DNA from: Chloroflexota bacterium
Lineage (GTDB): Bacteria; Chloroflexota; UBA6077; SHYK01
Assembly: GCA_009692845.1 (NCBI GenBank)
Contig: SHYK01000007.1
Span: 6,631-70,630 of the forward strand
DNA length: 64,000 nucleotides
Direction of reading: 5' to 3'
The translations under genes and the position numbers were made by a program. Below, in pieces: positions 9,851 through 19,605 of the stretch (position 1 is the stretch's first letter; each line of letters begins with the position of its first letter). Below the pieces are notes generated by a model, which had not been told where the DNA came from, did no database searches, and saw only the letters and a list, made by a program, of their open reading frames with translations.

Positions 9851-9866
9851 CTGCCGCCTCCATCGA

Positions 9867-9940
9867 CTTGGGGCTCTGCCCCAAACCCCGCGAACTTGGG
9901 GCTCTGCCCCAAACCCCGCTAAAGCTCGCTCCGCTCGTGA
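9867..9940. repeat. REP-like family A: two tandem 25-nt copies (28-nt period) plus a shared flank
   Basis: cttggggctctgccccaaaccccgc occurs at 9867-9891 and again at 9895-9919, with an internal palindrome ggggcNNNgcccc. An inverted copy with its flank lies at 50872-50916 (tcacgagcggagcgNgctttagcggggtttggggcagagccccaa). Confidence 0.8.
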
Positions 9941-10161
9941 CTGAAGTTAATGCGAAGCGGCTCCGATTGTCGAAGAATTCACTCGCTTCCCAGTTATAAG
10001 CGGCCTTTCTGTGACATTCGAGCGCATTGACGCGCGGCCGCTGCATGCTACTGTACGCTAACGCTCGCTGGTGCGCATTGCACCCCCCCCCAGGACGTTC
10101 CTATACTCGAAATAGGCGACATCCAGCGCCGGCAGCGCTGCGGACCGGCAATGGAGGATTT

Positions 10162-12642
10162 GTGACGGAAGAAAACCCAGGAACGACGAGAAGGCGGACG
10201 AAGAGCTCGCCACCCAAGCCACTAACGGTGACGGTCGAGCTCCCTGCCATTGCTCTGACGGATTCAGTCGTGCTGCCCCAGATGATCGTTCCCCTCCACC
10301 TCGATGCCTGGGCCCAGGTCCAGGCCGTCGAAATGGCCCTACTTGGGGACAAACGGATTTTTGTGGCGCCCCGAAGCGGCGAAGGTGAAGATGCGGAAAC
10401 GATCGGTCGGATAGGCGTCATTGCCACGGTCGAGGAGTCTCGCCCGTCTCGACGCGGCGGCCAGCGGGTGGTCGTTCGCGGCCTGAAGCGCGCTCGGCTC
10501 GACTCCGTGGCGCAAACGGAGCCGTATCTACGGATAAGCTGCCTACCCCAGCCCGATCCTGAAGTCGTTGCTCCAGAGGCTGCCGAACTCATGAACGAGC
10601 TCCTCGCGGTCACCGAGAACATCGTCGAGCTCAATCCAGACGTCCCATCTCAGGAGATCCTGCGCTACGTGCGGGGAATCAAAGAGCCGGGCTTGCTGGC
10701 CGACCATACCGCTTATTCTCCGGAGTGCTCCTTTGAAGAGCGGGTGAAGATTCTTGACACAATCGACCCGGTCGAGCGGCTTCGGATCGCCTTCGAGATT
10801 AGCCGTCGACATCTCCACGTGCAGCAGCTGCGGAGCAAGATTCGCGAGGACGTGAAGTCCGCCGTCGATAAGGCCCAGCGCGAGTTCGTGCTGCGCGAGC
10901 AGCTCCGGGCGATCCAGCGCGAGCTGGGCGAAGGCGAAGGCGAAGCGGCCATCGTGGATGAGCTCCGGGAGAAGATCCGGGCGGCCGGAATGCCCCCTGA
11001 ACCCGAGGAGAAGGCGCTCCGCGAGCTCGCCCGGCTCAACATCATCGGGATGCACTCGGCCGAGCAAGGAGTGATTCGCACCTACCTCGAATTGCTGACC
11101 GAGCTGCCCTGGTCAGTCAGTTCCGAGGATCACGAAGATATCAGCGAGGCTGCCCGCATCCTGGACGAAGACCACTACGGCCTAGAGAAGGTCAAGGAGC
11201 GCATCCTTGAATACATCGCTGTCCGCACGCTGGCCGGAACGAAGATGCGGAGTCCGATTCTTTGTTTCGTTGGACCTCCGGGGGTCGGCAAGACCTCGCT
11301 TGGCCGCTCCATCGCCCGAGCGCTCGGGCGCAACTTCTGGCGAACCAGCCTGGGCGGGGTGCGCGACGAGGCGGAGATTCGCGGGCATCGGCGCACCTAC
11401 GTGGGCGCGCTCCCCGGCCGCATCGTGCAGGGGATCCGCAACGCCAAGAGCAACAATCCGGTCTTCATGCTCGATGAGATCGACAAAGTCGGAAACGATT
11501 TTCGGGGAGATCCATCCTCGGCTCTCCTGGAAGTGCTCGATCCCGAGCAGAACTTCGCCTTCAGCGACCATTACCTAGAGGTCCCCTTCGATCTCTCCAA
11601 GGTCATTTTTATTCTGACCGCGAACATGCTGGACACGATTCCACCGGCCCTGCGCGACCGTATGGAGGTAATCAGCCTGCCCGGCTATACCGAGGACGAG
11701 AAGGTCAAAATCGCCGAGCAGTTCCTGGTTCCCAAGCAGCGCGAGGCGCACGGCTTGAGGCCTGAGCAGGCCACCGTACCGGAGCCGACGCTACGGAAGA
11801 TGATCGGCGGGTACACCCGGGAGGCCGGGGTCCGGAACCTGGAGCGGGAGATCGCCAACCTCTGTCGGAAGATCGCTCGCCGCGTCGTGGCCAAAGAAGT
11901 GGAGACGGTCACCATCCAGCCGGCCGACCTGGCCGAGCAGCTCGGGCCCGAAAAGTACACCTTCAACCTGGCCGAAGAGGTGGACGAGATCGGTACGGCG
12001 ACCGGGGTTGCCTGGACCGAGACTGGCGGCGAGCTTCTCTCCATTGAGGTCAGCATCATGGAGGGGAAGGGCGAGCCCATGCTGACCGGGCATCTCGGCA
12101 AAGTCATGCAGGAGTCAGCCCGGGCCGCGCTCACCTACGCCCGTTCCCACGCGCATCAACTTGGGGTCGACCCAGCGTTCTTTGACACTCACTCGATCCA
12201 CGTCCACGTGCCCGCTGGAGCCGTCCCTAAGGACGGTCCTTCGGCCGGAATCGCCCTCACGACCGCTTTAATTTCCGCTCTCAGCGGCCGACCGGTGCGG
12301 AAGGACGTCGCCATGACCGGCGAGGTCACCTTGCGGGGACGAGTTCTCCCCATCGGCGGCCTGAAAGAGAAGATGCTGGCCGCCCATCGCGCGGGAATCA
12401 AGACCTTCATTCTCCCCAAGCGGAATGCCAAAGACCTGATCGACATCCCGGCGAAGGTCCGCGAGATGGAGATCATCGAAGTCGAGCACGTTGATGAGGT
12501 GCTCGCCCACGCATTGCTGGCCGCGGCGCCCGCCGAGGCGCCATCGGTCAACGGGCATGTCGATGCAAAGAAGGTGGAGCCGCCCAAGCCGATCCTACGC
12601 TCCCGGAAAGGTAGCGTGGCCGCCCAGCCTCTCGCTTCTTAG
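10162..12642 (+). CDS. lon: ATP-dependent Lon protease, second paralogue
   Basis: [20 protein letters not shown] and an N-terminal LON domain are present. I preferred the GTG at 10162 because ggagga lies 5 nt upstream; the ORF maximum starts at 10027. Confidence 0.9.
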   Translation: MTEENPGTTRRRTKSSPPKPLTVTVELPAIALTDSVVLPQMIVPLHLDAWAQVQAVEMALLGDKRIFVAPRSGEGEDAETIGRIGVIATVEESRPSRRGGQRVVVRGLKRARLDSVAQTEPYLRISCLPQPDPEVVAPEAAELMNELLAVTENIVELNPDVPSQEILRYVRGIKEPGLLADHTAYSPECSFEERVKILDTIDPVERLRIAFEISRRHLHVQQLRSKIREDVKSAVDKAQREFVLREQLRAIQRELGEGEGEAAIVDELREKIRAAGMPPEPEEKALRELARLNIIGMHSAEQGVIRTYLELLTELPWSVSSEDHEDISEAARILDEDHYGLEKVKERILEYIAVRTLAGTKMRSPILCFVGPPGVGKTSLGRSIARALGRNFWRTSLGGVRDEAEIRGHRRTYVGALPGRIVQGIRNAKSNNPVFMLDEIDKVGNDFRGDPSSALLEVLDPEQNFAFSDHYLEVPFDLSKVIFILTANMLDTIPPALRDRMEVISLPGYTEDEKVKIAEQFLVPKQREAHGLRPEQATVPEPTLRKMIGGYTREAGVRNLEREIANLCRKIARRVVAKEVETVTIQPADLAEQLGPEKYTFNLAEEVDEIGTATGVAWTETGGELLSIEVSIMEGKGEPMLTGHLGKVMQESARAALTYARSHAHQLGVDPAFFDTHSIHVHVPAGAVPKDGPSAGIALTTALISALSGRPVRKDVAMTGEVTLRGRVLPIGGLKEKMLAAHRAGIKTFILPKRNAKDLIDIPAKVREMEIIEVEHVDEVLAHALLAAAPAEAPSVNGHVDAKKVEPPKPILRSRKGSVAAQPLAS

Positions 12643-12976
12643 GTCCTAGCGGTCGCGGGGGGATCTCCTGCCAAGCCCAAGAGTTTGGCGGGGTAGAACT
12701 CCGCGCCGAGGACCTCGCTGATGGCTGGCTAGCCGAAGAAAGAGGAGAGACAGGCGGTCCTTCGGCCGAGCAAGCCTCAGCGAAAACGTCCGGCTGGTTC
12801 CTAACGGACGCCGTCCCGACGGAACACTTCGCACGAACTCGCCCAGAACAGGGAGGGTGAGGGCGGGTCGCCCTCGGGCCCGTCGGAGCCCACCTGTCTC
12901 GGTAATTACTTTAAGACCTGCTTGACAGCTCGGCCGCTCCGTGGATTGAAACCTGGGTAAATTTCCGCTTCGGCGG

Positions 12977-13140
12977 TTAGGCAGGGCCTTGCAACCTCGG
13001 TCTGCTCCACGACTCTTGAGGCAGCCGCCACCCTCGTTCAACCTTAGCAGCGGGCCGTGGCCACCTCGATCTACTCCATGACCATTGAAGGTAGCCGCTA
13101 ACCGCGCTTCAGCCCTTAGCAGCGAGCCTTGCCCGCTAGA
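12977..13140. repeat. Degenerate tandem repeat with a unit of about 67-72 nt (2 full copies plus a partial third)
   Basis: The units start with ttagGCAGggcc (12977), ttagCAGCgggcc (13044) and ttagCAGCgagcc (13116). Units 1 and 2 also share acctcgNtctNctccaNgac...ttgaNgNagccgc. I estimate about 70% identity by eye. Confidence 0.5.
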
Positions 13141-13148
13141 ATCGCCCA

Positions 13149-14378
13149 ATGCACACTCCGGTTTGGCTCTCGGCGCAGCTCAGCATCCACCCGTCGCTCC
13201 AGTTTCGCGATTTCCGCTTTTTCATCGTGGCCTCGGCTTTTGGCGGCTTCGCGATGATGGGTGAGATGGTGATAATCGGCTGGCTCGCTCTTGAGCTCAC
13301 CGATTCGCCGCTGGCGGTGGGTCTAGCTTCCAGCCTGCGCGCTGCCCCGGGGCTGCTGCTGGGGATCCCGGCCGGCGCGATCGCCGATTTTGTAGATCGG
13401 CGGCGGTTCATCCGCGCGCTCAGCCTGGTCGCGCTCATCCCGACGGTTGGCCCAGCCGTGCTGATCACCGCCGGGCTGATGGACTTTCACTTTGTCCTCC
13501 TGTTCGCTTTTCTGTCCGGCTGTGTTCAGGCCTTCCGCCAGACCACGGGTCAGAGCTTCACCTACGACATCGTCGGGCCGACTGGCGCGGCTAGGGGCAT
13601 GGCGATCATCGCTTTGGCGCAGCGAAGTGGCGGTCTGGCAGGGGCCGTCGCCGCCGGGGCCAGCATCCAGCAGTTGGGTGCCAACTATGCCTATGGGCTG
13701 CTTGCGGTCGCTCATCTCTGCGCTTTTGGGGTCCAGACGGCCATTCGCCTACGGGGGCAGGCAGCGCCGCTCGACCAATCTCACTTCGTCCAGAATCTAC
13801 GCGAGTTCGTGACCGAAGCTCGCCGCAACCGCACTCTGCTCACCTTATCCATGCTGACCGCCGGGGTCGAAGTCCTCGGTTTTTCGCACCAGGTGCTACT
13901 GCCCAGCCTGGCGAGGGACTTGCTCCATCTCGGTCCGGATGGGCTGGGAGTGTTGAGCGGCGCCCGCTCGATGGGCGGAATCATTGGCCTGCTGGCGCTC
14001 TCTCTAGTGGGTGAGATCCGACGCAAGGGCATCGCATTTCTGATCGTGATCCACGTCTTTGGTGCGCTGCTCGTGCTCCTCGGTCACGCCGATAGCCTGC
14101 CGCTCATATTGATCTGCCTGATCTTTCTGAGCGGCGTTGCGGCGCTTTCTGACGTCTTGTCCCAGGCGATGATGCAACTCAGCGTTTCCAATGAGCTTCG
14201 CGGCCGCGCGATGGGGTCGTGGATCGTCGCGATCGGGGCAGGTCCGTTGGGACAAACCCAGATCGGAGCAGTCGCGGCACTGGCCGGGGTGAGCTTTGCG
14301 CTTTCGCTCAACGGACTAGCTCTCGTCGCACTCGGCCTGGCGGCCGCGGTGGCAGTGCCCAGCCTGCGACGCCTCTAG
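13149..14378 (+). CDS. MFS transporter
   Basis: About 12 predicted hydrophobic segments, with FRDFRFFIVASAFGGF...LELTDSPLAVGL...IADFVDRRR typical of MFS_3/EntS-like exporters. Confidence 0.8.
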   Translation: MHTPVWLSAQLSIHPSLQFRDFRFFIVASAFGGFAMMGEMVIIGWLALELTDSPLAVGLASSLRAAPGLLLGIPAGAIADFVDRRRFIRALSLVALIPTVGPAVLITAGLMDFHFVLLFAFLSGCVQAFRQTTGQSFTYDIVGPTGAARGMAIIALAQRSGGLAGAVAAGASIQQLGANYAYGLLAVAHLCAFGVQTAIRLRGQAAPLDQSHFVQNLREFVTEARRNRTLLTLSMLTAGVEVLGFSHQVLLPSLARDLLHLGPDGLGVLSGARSMGGIIGLLALSLVGEIRRKGIAFLIVIHVFGALLVLLGHADSLPLILICLIFLSGVAALSDVLSQAMMQLSVSNELRGRAMGSWIVAIGAGPLGQTQIGAVAALAGVSFALSLNGLALVALGLAAAVAVPSLRRL

Positions 14379-14380
14379 GG

Positions 14381-14430
14381 GGGACGCCCCACCCGCCCCC
14401 TGTGGCCTTCGGCCCCTGACCCCCGAAGGG
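14381..14430. repeat. REP-like family B copy in reverse orientation, between convergent genes
   Basis: cccacccgccccctgtggccttcggcccctgaccccc resembles the reverse complement of ggggttcgggggccgaagcccc...gggtggg seen at 40971-41030. Confidence 0.55.
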
Positions 14431-14485
14431 TGAGCGAGGGGTTCGTGTGGTGTCCAGGCTGACCTTACGCCCTGTCTGATCGCCG

Positions 14486-15370
14486 CTAGAGCTCTTTGTC
14501 GAGACCCCTCAGAAAACGCTCGATCTCGGGCGATAGCCCGGTCGGAGGCTCAGCGGAAGGCGCCGTCGTCTCGTAAGTCCGGTCATAGTGCGCTTCCAGT
14601 CGTGAGATGACCGACTTCACTTCAGGTTGGGTCTCGATTGCGCTATCAAGCTCCCGGTACTGGCGTTCCGCCCGGCGAGTCGGTACCACCGTTGATGGAA
14701 AATCGTAGTAGGCGTTCAACACCTGGAGCATGCGCGCCGTGCCGGCAAAGTCTTCTTCGAGCTGGGCGTAATGAGGCAGATGAGCCATGAAGTTCATGAC
14801 GCCCGCCCCCATCTGAGTCGCCGACTCAGTCAGCAGGTTCATGATCGTGGTGGGCCCCTCATAGGAGCTGCCCCGCTGCTGGGTTAGGGGCGGCGTAGCT
14901 CCGGGCCGCGGCTCGATGGAACCGGTATTCCCGGTGACGACAATCGGTCGCGTGTGGGGGACCGAATCGTACATCGCCCCGACTCGACAGTAGACACTCA
15001 CCTGGAAATACTTCAGTAGCTCCACGATGGAGTCGATATAGTCTTCGGCCATCGCGTGAGGCTCCAGGAGATGGAGAAACATCAGATCGGGCCCATTCTC
15101 GGGCTGCGCGACGTTGATGATGCTGTTGGGGAAAGTTGTCACCCGCTGTCCGTCGACATTTCGGACGGTGGGCCGATACCGGGTCAGGTCAAAGAAAGTG
15201 CCCGGCCGGGCGAGCTTGCCCAACTCCTTCGCCTCATAGTGGCGCTCGAGCCGTGCGAGGGTCAGCGTTCCGACGCTCCCCACATCAACCCAGGGTCGAA
15301 TCATGATCAGGGCGTGCGGAGTCCGCAGCTCGGGAACCGGATCGGGTAGTTCGAAAGCCCCAATCTTCAC
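14486..15370 (-). CDS. PAC2 (proteasome assembly chaperone 2-like) family protein
   Basis: ALIMIRPWVDVGSVGTLTLARL...LMFLHLLEPHAMAEDY resembles bacterial PAC2-family proteins. The assignment is from memory. Confidence 0.55.
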   Translation of the reverse strand: MKIGAFELPDPVPELRTPHALIMIRPWVDVGSVGTLTLARLERHYEAKELGKLARPGTFFDLTRYRPTVRNVDGQRVTTFPNSIINVAQPENGPDLMFLHLLEPHAMAEDYIDSIVELLKYFQVSVYCRVGAMYDSVPHTRPIVVTGNTGSIEPRPGATPPLTQQRGSSYEGPTTIMNLLTESATQMGAGVMNFMAHLPHYAQLEEDFAGTARMLQVLNAYYDFPSTVVPTRRAERQYRELDSAIETQPEVKSVISRLEAHYDRTYETTAPSAEPPTGLSPEIERFLRGLDKEL

Positions 15371-15753
15371 AGTGCAATAGTACGTTCACCGGCGCGCGGT
15401 GCCAAGGCAACTCCTGCGGGACATGGGCAATCGGCAATGGCTCAGTAGGCAAATATCGTAAATTGCCTGCTGTAGTCACCCAGGGATGACCTGGGAGCCT
15501 GCCGCGGTCAATTTAGGCGCGCCACGGGGGTTTCTCTAGTCAATGCAAAGCTTTTCGAAGAAGCTGATCGCCGCATGGCGTCTCAGCCGAACCCCTAGTC
15601 CGACAGGCCCCGCCCAGCTTCCAAGTGGGGAAGGAGCAATTCTTCTTGGCCGCGAGCACAGCAGCCTGAGCACTTTTTTTTGGGCTCTACATCGAGGTGC
15701 CGCGCCCGCCGACCCAGTTGCTCACCATATTGGGCTGAACCCGGCAATCTGGA

Positions 15754-16380
15754 ATGAATTTCGAACCCGTCTTTCTGCCGCGCCTGGAGTTCCTTCCTGA
15801 GAGTGAATATTCAGGATGGAAAGTGAGGCCGGAGAGCTTTTTCTGGCGAACCATCGAGCGGGGCATGCTCCCAACCGAGGCTGCGGCGCTGCCGGGCCAA
15901 TGGGCCCTGTTCGACACCACACCAAAGCCCCCCGCCGGCGACCTCGTCTATGAGGAAGACCCGCTGGCCGACTTGATCACGGAGCTGCGCGCCGCAGGGG
16001 CGATCAGACGAACCGATGGAGTCCCAGACGGGTCGCGGGTGGGAATCTCGCTGCTCGAGCTCGACGACCTGGTTTTTCCGCGGCTCGCCCATGGATTGGG
16101 GATCGGGAGCTCGGGAAACGTCCAGATCTGGGTGCCGCGGGAGATCGAGCACAATTTCCTCGGGAATTTGCGCTATCCGATGCTCGGCGACGGCGTCGTT
16201 CGTGAGTGGCTGGCCGACCCGGTCGAGGAGTTCGATCGACTGGTCGCTGGTTTTCGACTACACACGGTCGACCTCTACCTGGCGTCCACCCGGCACGCCA
16301 CCCTTGGCTTTCGACCGCTCATCCTCTTCCCGGCGCCCATACCGGCCGGCCCAACCCGCCGCTCGAATAAGAGGGAGTAG
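15754..16380 (+). CDS. Hypothetical protein
   Basis: A 208-aa ORF with coding-like composition. I recognise no family. Confidence 0.4.
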   Translation: MNFEPVFLPRLEFLPESEYSGWKVRPESFFWRTIERGMLPTEAAALPGQWALFDTTPKPPAGDLVYEEDPLADLITELRAAGAIRRTDGVPDGSRVGISLLELDDLVFPRLAHGLGIGSSGNVQIWVPREIEHNFLGNLRYPMLGDGVVREWLADPVEEFDRLVAGFRLHTVDLYLASTRHATLGFRPLILFPAPIPAGPTRRSNKRE

Positions 16381-16390
16381 CGCCTCGCGG

Positions 16391-17374
16391 TCAGCCGGTC
16401 GAAATCGCCCGCTGGACGCCCGGCCAGACCAACGGGTCTTCTCCGCCCATGCGCCAGATAGCATAGCCGGCAACTCCTAACTCCTGCCCGACCGCCATGA
16501 GCGCGCTCACCGTTTCACCGTCCGGGATCCAGACCTCGTGAGCGGCCCCCGAGCGTGTGTACTGCAACACCATGTGCCGATCACTGGCTTCGCGGTGTGG
16601 CTCCACACCGTGCGCGCGAGCGAGCTCGATGAGGTCACGATAGGTCCGATACTCGGCTTTCTCGCTCCCCGACCAATCGTATCCGTAGAACGGGATCCCC
16701 TGAAACACCCGCTCGGCCGGGATTCGCGACAGCGCGAACTGGAGGATGTCCCGGCTCCAGCTGACTGATGCGATCGGACCGGGCCGGGACGGATTCTCAT
16801 CGTAAGTCATGACGACAATTCGATCCGCTGCCGTCCCGAGGTTGGACCAATCTTGCGCCTGGGCGCCCGGCCATGGGCCGGGTTCAACCAGTTTCGCGTG
16901 CACAGCGAGCGAGAGAGTCTTCCCACGTGCGTGCAGCGCCGCGGCGAGCTCCGCTATGAAGGCGCTGTACGGCTCACGATCATCAGCGGACAGATTCTCG
17001 TAGTCCAGCTCCAGGCCCGGATATCGCCCATCGACCACGAGAGCGACCAGATGCTGGAGATGCGCCTGACGCACCTGTGGATCGGTCAGCACCCCTGCCA
17101 CCCGCGCTCGGTCCCACTGGCCTCCGATCAGGTTGGTTACCATCGGGACTACATGAATACCGGTCTCGCGAATCGCGAGCGGCGCTGGCCCCAGTCCTGG
17201 ATACTGCTTCACGCGCCCATCCGGCTCCAGGCCGTATTGGAAGAGCGAAATACCGGTCAGGAGAGCAGCATGGGATCGCACGGAGGCCCAGGCAGCCGTC
17301 CGGTCATACTCCGGCACGTAGCCCCAGACCTGGCGCTTTCGTCGTTCGCTCGTCTGAGGCTGACTGAACGTCAT
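16391..17374 (-). CDS. Glycoside hydrolase family 18 (chitinase / YaaH-like) protein
   Basis: GLELDYENL matches the GH18 catalytic DxxDxDxE motif, and the pattern is TIM-barrel-like. I took the start at ATG 17374. Confidence 0.7.
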   Translation of the reverse strand: MTFSQPQTSERRKRQVWGYVPEYDRTAAWASVRSHAALLTGISLFQYGLEPDGRVKQYPGLGPAPLAIRETGIHVVPMVTNLIGGQWDRARVAGVLTDPQVRQAHLQHLVALVVDGRYPGLELDYENLSADDREPYSAFIAELAAALHARGKTLSLAVHAKLVEPGPWPGAQAQDWSNLGTAADRIVVMTYDENPSRPGPIASVSWSRDILQFALSRIPAERVFQGIPFYGYDWSGSEKAEYRTYRDLIELARAHGVEPHREASDRHMVLQYTRSGAAHEVWIPDGETVSALMAVGQELGVAGYAIWRMGGEDPLVWPGVQRAISTG

Positions 17375-17412
17375 TTCAGGCCCGCTCAACGCACGATCAC
17401 CATGGGGAAATC

Positions 17413-18582
17413 GTGTTTCCGGTAGACCGCGATAGGACCACATTCACGGAGCGGTTCGGCGGCCGGCCAGAAGTCTTGGCGATTGCGCCGGGGCGAGTGA
17501 ATCTCATTGGAGGCCATCAAGACTACCACGAAGGGCTGGTGCTGCCTCTCGCCATCGATCGCCACATCGCTATCTACGCCCGCCCGAGAGAAGACTCCAG
17601 CGTCCGGGTCTATTCCGAAACGACCGACACCGCGGTCGAGTTCGAATTGCACGACCTCAGCCGCCATCCAGCCACCCTCGCTCAGTATTGCCAGGGAGCA
17701 GCCAGAGCGCTGGCCGCAGCGCACCCTTTGGAGCACGGTTGCGACGCCTTGATCTCCGGAAACCTTCCGGCCGGGGCTGGCCTGTCTTCCTCTTCAGCCC
17801 TTGTTGTGGCCTTCATTGGCATCCTCGCCCGGCTAAACCACTTGTCGCTCGAGCCGCTCGAATTGGCCCAATGCGCCTGCGATGCCGAGCATTGGTTCGG
17901 CACGACCGGCGGCATTATGGACCAGTACGTCATCACCCACGGCCGAGCCAGCCACGCGCTGCTCATTGATTGCCGAGCGCTCACCCACCAGGCCCTGCCA
18001 ATGCCCGAAAGCTGCCTGGTAGTCGCGCACACCGGCTCCTCGCATCACCAGGCGGCCACCCCCTTCGCCCGCCGGCGACAAGAAGCGGAAGCCGGGCTTG
18101 CCGTGCTCCAAACCCTCGTTCCAGGAATTCGAACCCTCCGGGATGTCAGTCCCGAGCTGCTGGAGGAGCACCGGGCCAAGCTTGTGGCGGCTGACCCGTC
18201 GGAAATTCTGTGGCGCCGCTGCCGGCACGTGGTAACTGAGCTCCAGAGAGTCCGAGTCGCAGCGACCGCGCTGGCGGGAAGCGATCTCGCAGGCTTCGGC
18301 CGCCTCATGAAGGAGGCTCATTGCAGCTTGCGCGACGACTACGAAGTCTCGTCAGCCCCGGTAGAGGCAATGTTTGAAGCGGCCATCACCGACCCTGCCT
18401 GCTATGGAGCACGGATGACTGGTGGAGGCTTCGGCGGATGCACCGTCAACCTGGTGGCCGCCGATCAATCAGAACCATTTCGAATTCGTTTGGCCGAGGC
18501 GTACCGACGCGCAACCGGAGAGGAATCGATCATCTTTCCCGTGCAAGCTTCCGATGGCTTCAGCTTGCGAGAATTGAATTGA
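17413..18582 (+). CDS. galK: Galactokinase (GHMP kinase)
   Basis: APGRVNLIGGHQDYHEGLVLPLAI is the galactokinase signature, and PAGAGLSSSSAL is the GHMP ATP motif. Confidence 0.85.
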   Translation: MFPVDRDRTTFTERFGGRPEVLAIAPGRVNLIGGHQDYHEGLVLPLAIDRHIAIYARPREDSSVRVYSETTDTAVEFELHDLSRHPATLAQYCQGAARALAAAHPLEHGCDALISGNLPAGAGLSSSSALVVAFIGILARLNHLSLEPLELAQCACDAEHWFGTTGGIMDQYVITHGRASHALLIDCRALTHQALPMPESCLVVAHTGSSHHQAATPFARRRQEAEAGLAVLQTLVPGIRTLRDVSPELLEEHRAKLVAADPSEILWRRCRHVVTELQRVRVAATALAGSDLAGFGRLMKEAHCSLRDDYEVSSAPVEAMFEAAITDPACYGARMTGGGFGGCTVNLVAADQSEPFRIRLAEAYRRATGEESIIFPVQASDGFSLRELN

Positions 18583-18642
18583 CGAAGCCACCGCTCTTCC
18601 GAACCCGACCTGGAAGATGGCCGGGACTCTACGTCCATGGGT

Positions 18643-19605
18643 TCAGGCCAGCTCCGCCAGGAGCGAGCGCCAGGCCTCGCTTTCCGTTTCCGGGGCCACC
18701 AGCGCGGCGGCTCGCTGCCCATAGGCCCTCAGGCTCTCGTAGAAGCCTGGATCGCTCTCCGCGCATCCTAAGAGCTCGGCTAGGGCCCTCGTGTCCCCCA
18801 CCGGGAAGTAACCCGGGTAATCATCGCCGAGAGTTCCGATTAGGCCACTGATCCGTGACGCCACCACGGGTGTTGGCGACGTGAGTGCCTCGCCCAGCAC
18901 ATTCGAGCTGCCTTCCATGATGGAAGTAATCGCAACCAGATGGCTGCTCGCGAGCAGCCCGCGAGCTCGCCAGTGGGGCAGGGCGCCCGTCCAGCGATAC
19001 CGCGGGTTTTGCGCCGCCTCTTCGCGGGCCGCGGCTCCCAGGTCCGGGCTCAGGGCCGCCCCAACCTGGACCACCCTGATCAAGGACGAGCTGGCCAGGA
19101 GGCGAGCCGCGGCCGCCGTGCGGAGAGGGTCTTTCTCCGGTCGCAGGTGGCCGATCACCGCCACCCGGAAGTAGGTGGTGGGGCGCTTCGCCTGGCCGCG
19201 AAACGGGGGACAGGACTGGTAGATCACCCGCGCTTTGCTCTGGAGCGACCCGGGTAGCTCAGCGAGTCCCATTCGCTGCAGCACCACCAGCCGAGTGGCC
19301 AGATCCAGAGAGCGCTGGGCCTCCGCATCGATCCTGATGTCGTGGTAGAGGTCGGTACCAGTGAGCACCAGCACCAAAGGCTTGTTCGGGTGGCGCTCGA
19401 CGAACTCTCGGATGGAAGGCGCGCTGCGTCGGGCGTGCAGGCCAATCAGGACGTCACAGGGACCGCTGGTATAGGAAAGTTCGACGTCGACGCGGTGTCC
19501 AAGCTGGCGCAGGATACGTCCGTAGCGCATGGCGGTCATCACATTTCCTGAGCGGACCTGGGGAACAGACGGGGTGACGACGCGGATGTGGAGCCGGCTA
19601 TCCAT
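18643..19605 (-). CDS. senB: SenB-like glycosyltransferase (putative selenosugar synthase; TIGR04348-type as I recall it)
   Basis: MDSRLHIRVVTPSVPQVRSGNVMTAMRYGRILRQLGHRV...VIGHLRPEKDP...SIMEGSSNVLGEAL. The ATG at 19605-19603 lies 2 nt after the stop of the EgtB-like gene. The locus context includes selD and egtD. Confidence 0.65.
   Translation of the reverse strand: MDSRLHIRVVTPSVPQVRSGNVMTAMRYGRILRQLGHRVDVELSYTSGPCDVLIGLHARRSAPSIREFVERHPNKPLVLVLTGTDLYHDIRIDAEAQRSLDLATRLVVLQRMGLAELPGSLQSKARVIYQSCPPFRGQAKRPTTYFRVAVIGHLRPEKDPLRTAAAARLLASSSLIRVVQVGAALSPDLGAAAREEAAQNPRYRWTGALPHWRARGLLASSHLVAITSIMEGSSNVLGEALTSPTPVVASRISGLIGTLGDDYPGYFPVGDTRALAELLGCAESDPGFYESLRAYGQRAAALVAPETESEAWRSLLAELA

Noticed and set aside
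9867-9919. A possible CRISPR array: short palindromic direct repeats with a 28-nt period.
   Set aside because: There are only two copies, separated by 3 nt with no spacers. The same element occurs singly and inverted at 50872. It is REP-like, not CRISPR.
12790-12900. A possible RNase P RNA: gcgaaaacgtccggctgg vaguely resembles the P4 strand GAGGAAAGUCCGGGCU, and cagggagggtgagggcgg resembles GGUAAGGGUGAAAGGGUG.
   Set aside because: The P4 match contains an insertion. I could not find the 3' P4 strand (ACAGAACCCGGCUUA) or other conserved regions on either strand. This needs an Infernal scan, not a call by eye.
12646-13149. A 167-aa minus-strand ORF filling the lon2-MFS gap.
   Set aside because: It has no recognisable family and an Arg/Gly-rich composition. 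It spans a degenerate tandem DNA repeat. I treat the region as non-coding (see the finding on 12643-13148).
16391-18582. The idea that GH18 and galK belong to the selenoneine locus, for example by supplying or recycling the sugar for the SenB selenosugar.
   Set aside because: The only support is adjacency (galK converges on senB). Both genes have ordinary housekeeping interpretations, and nothing in the sequence supports a link.
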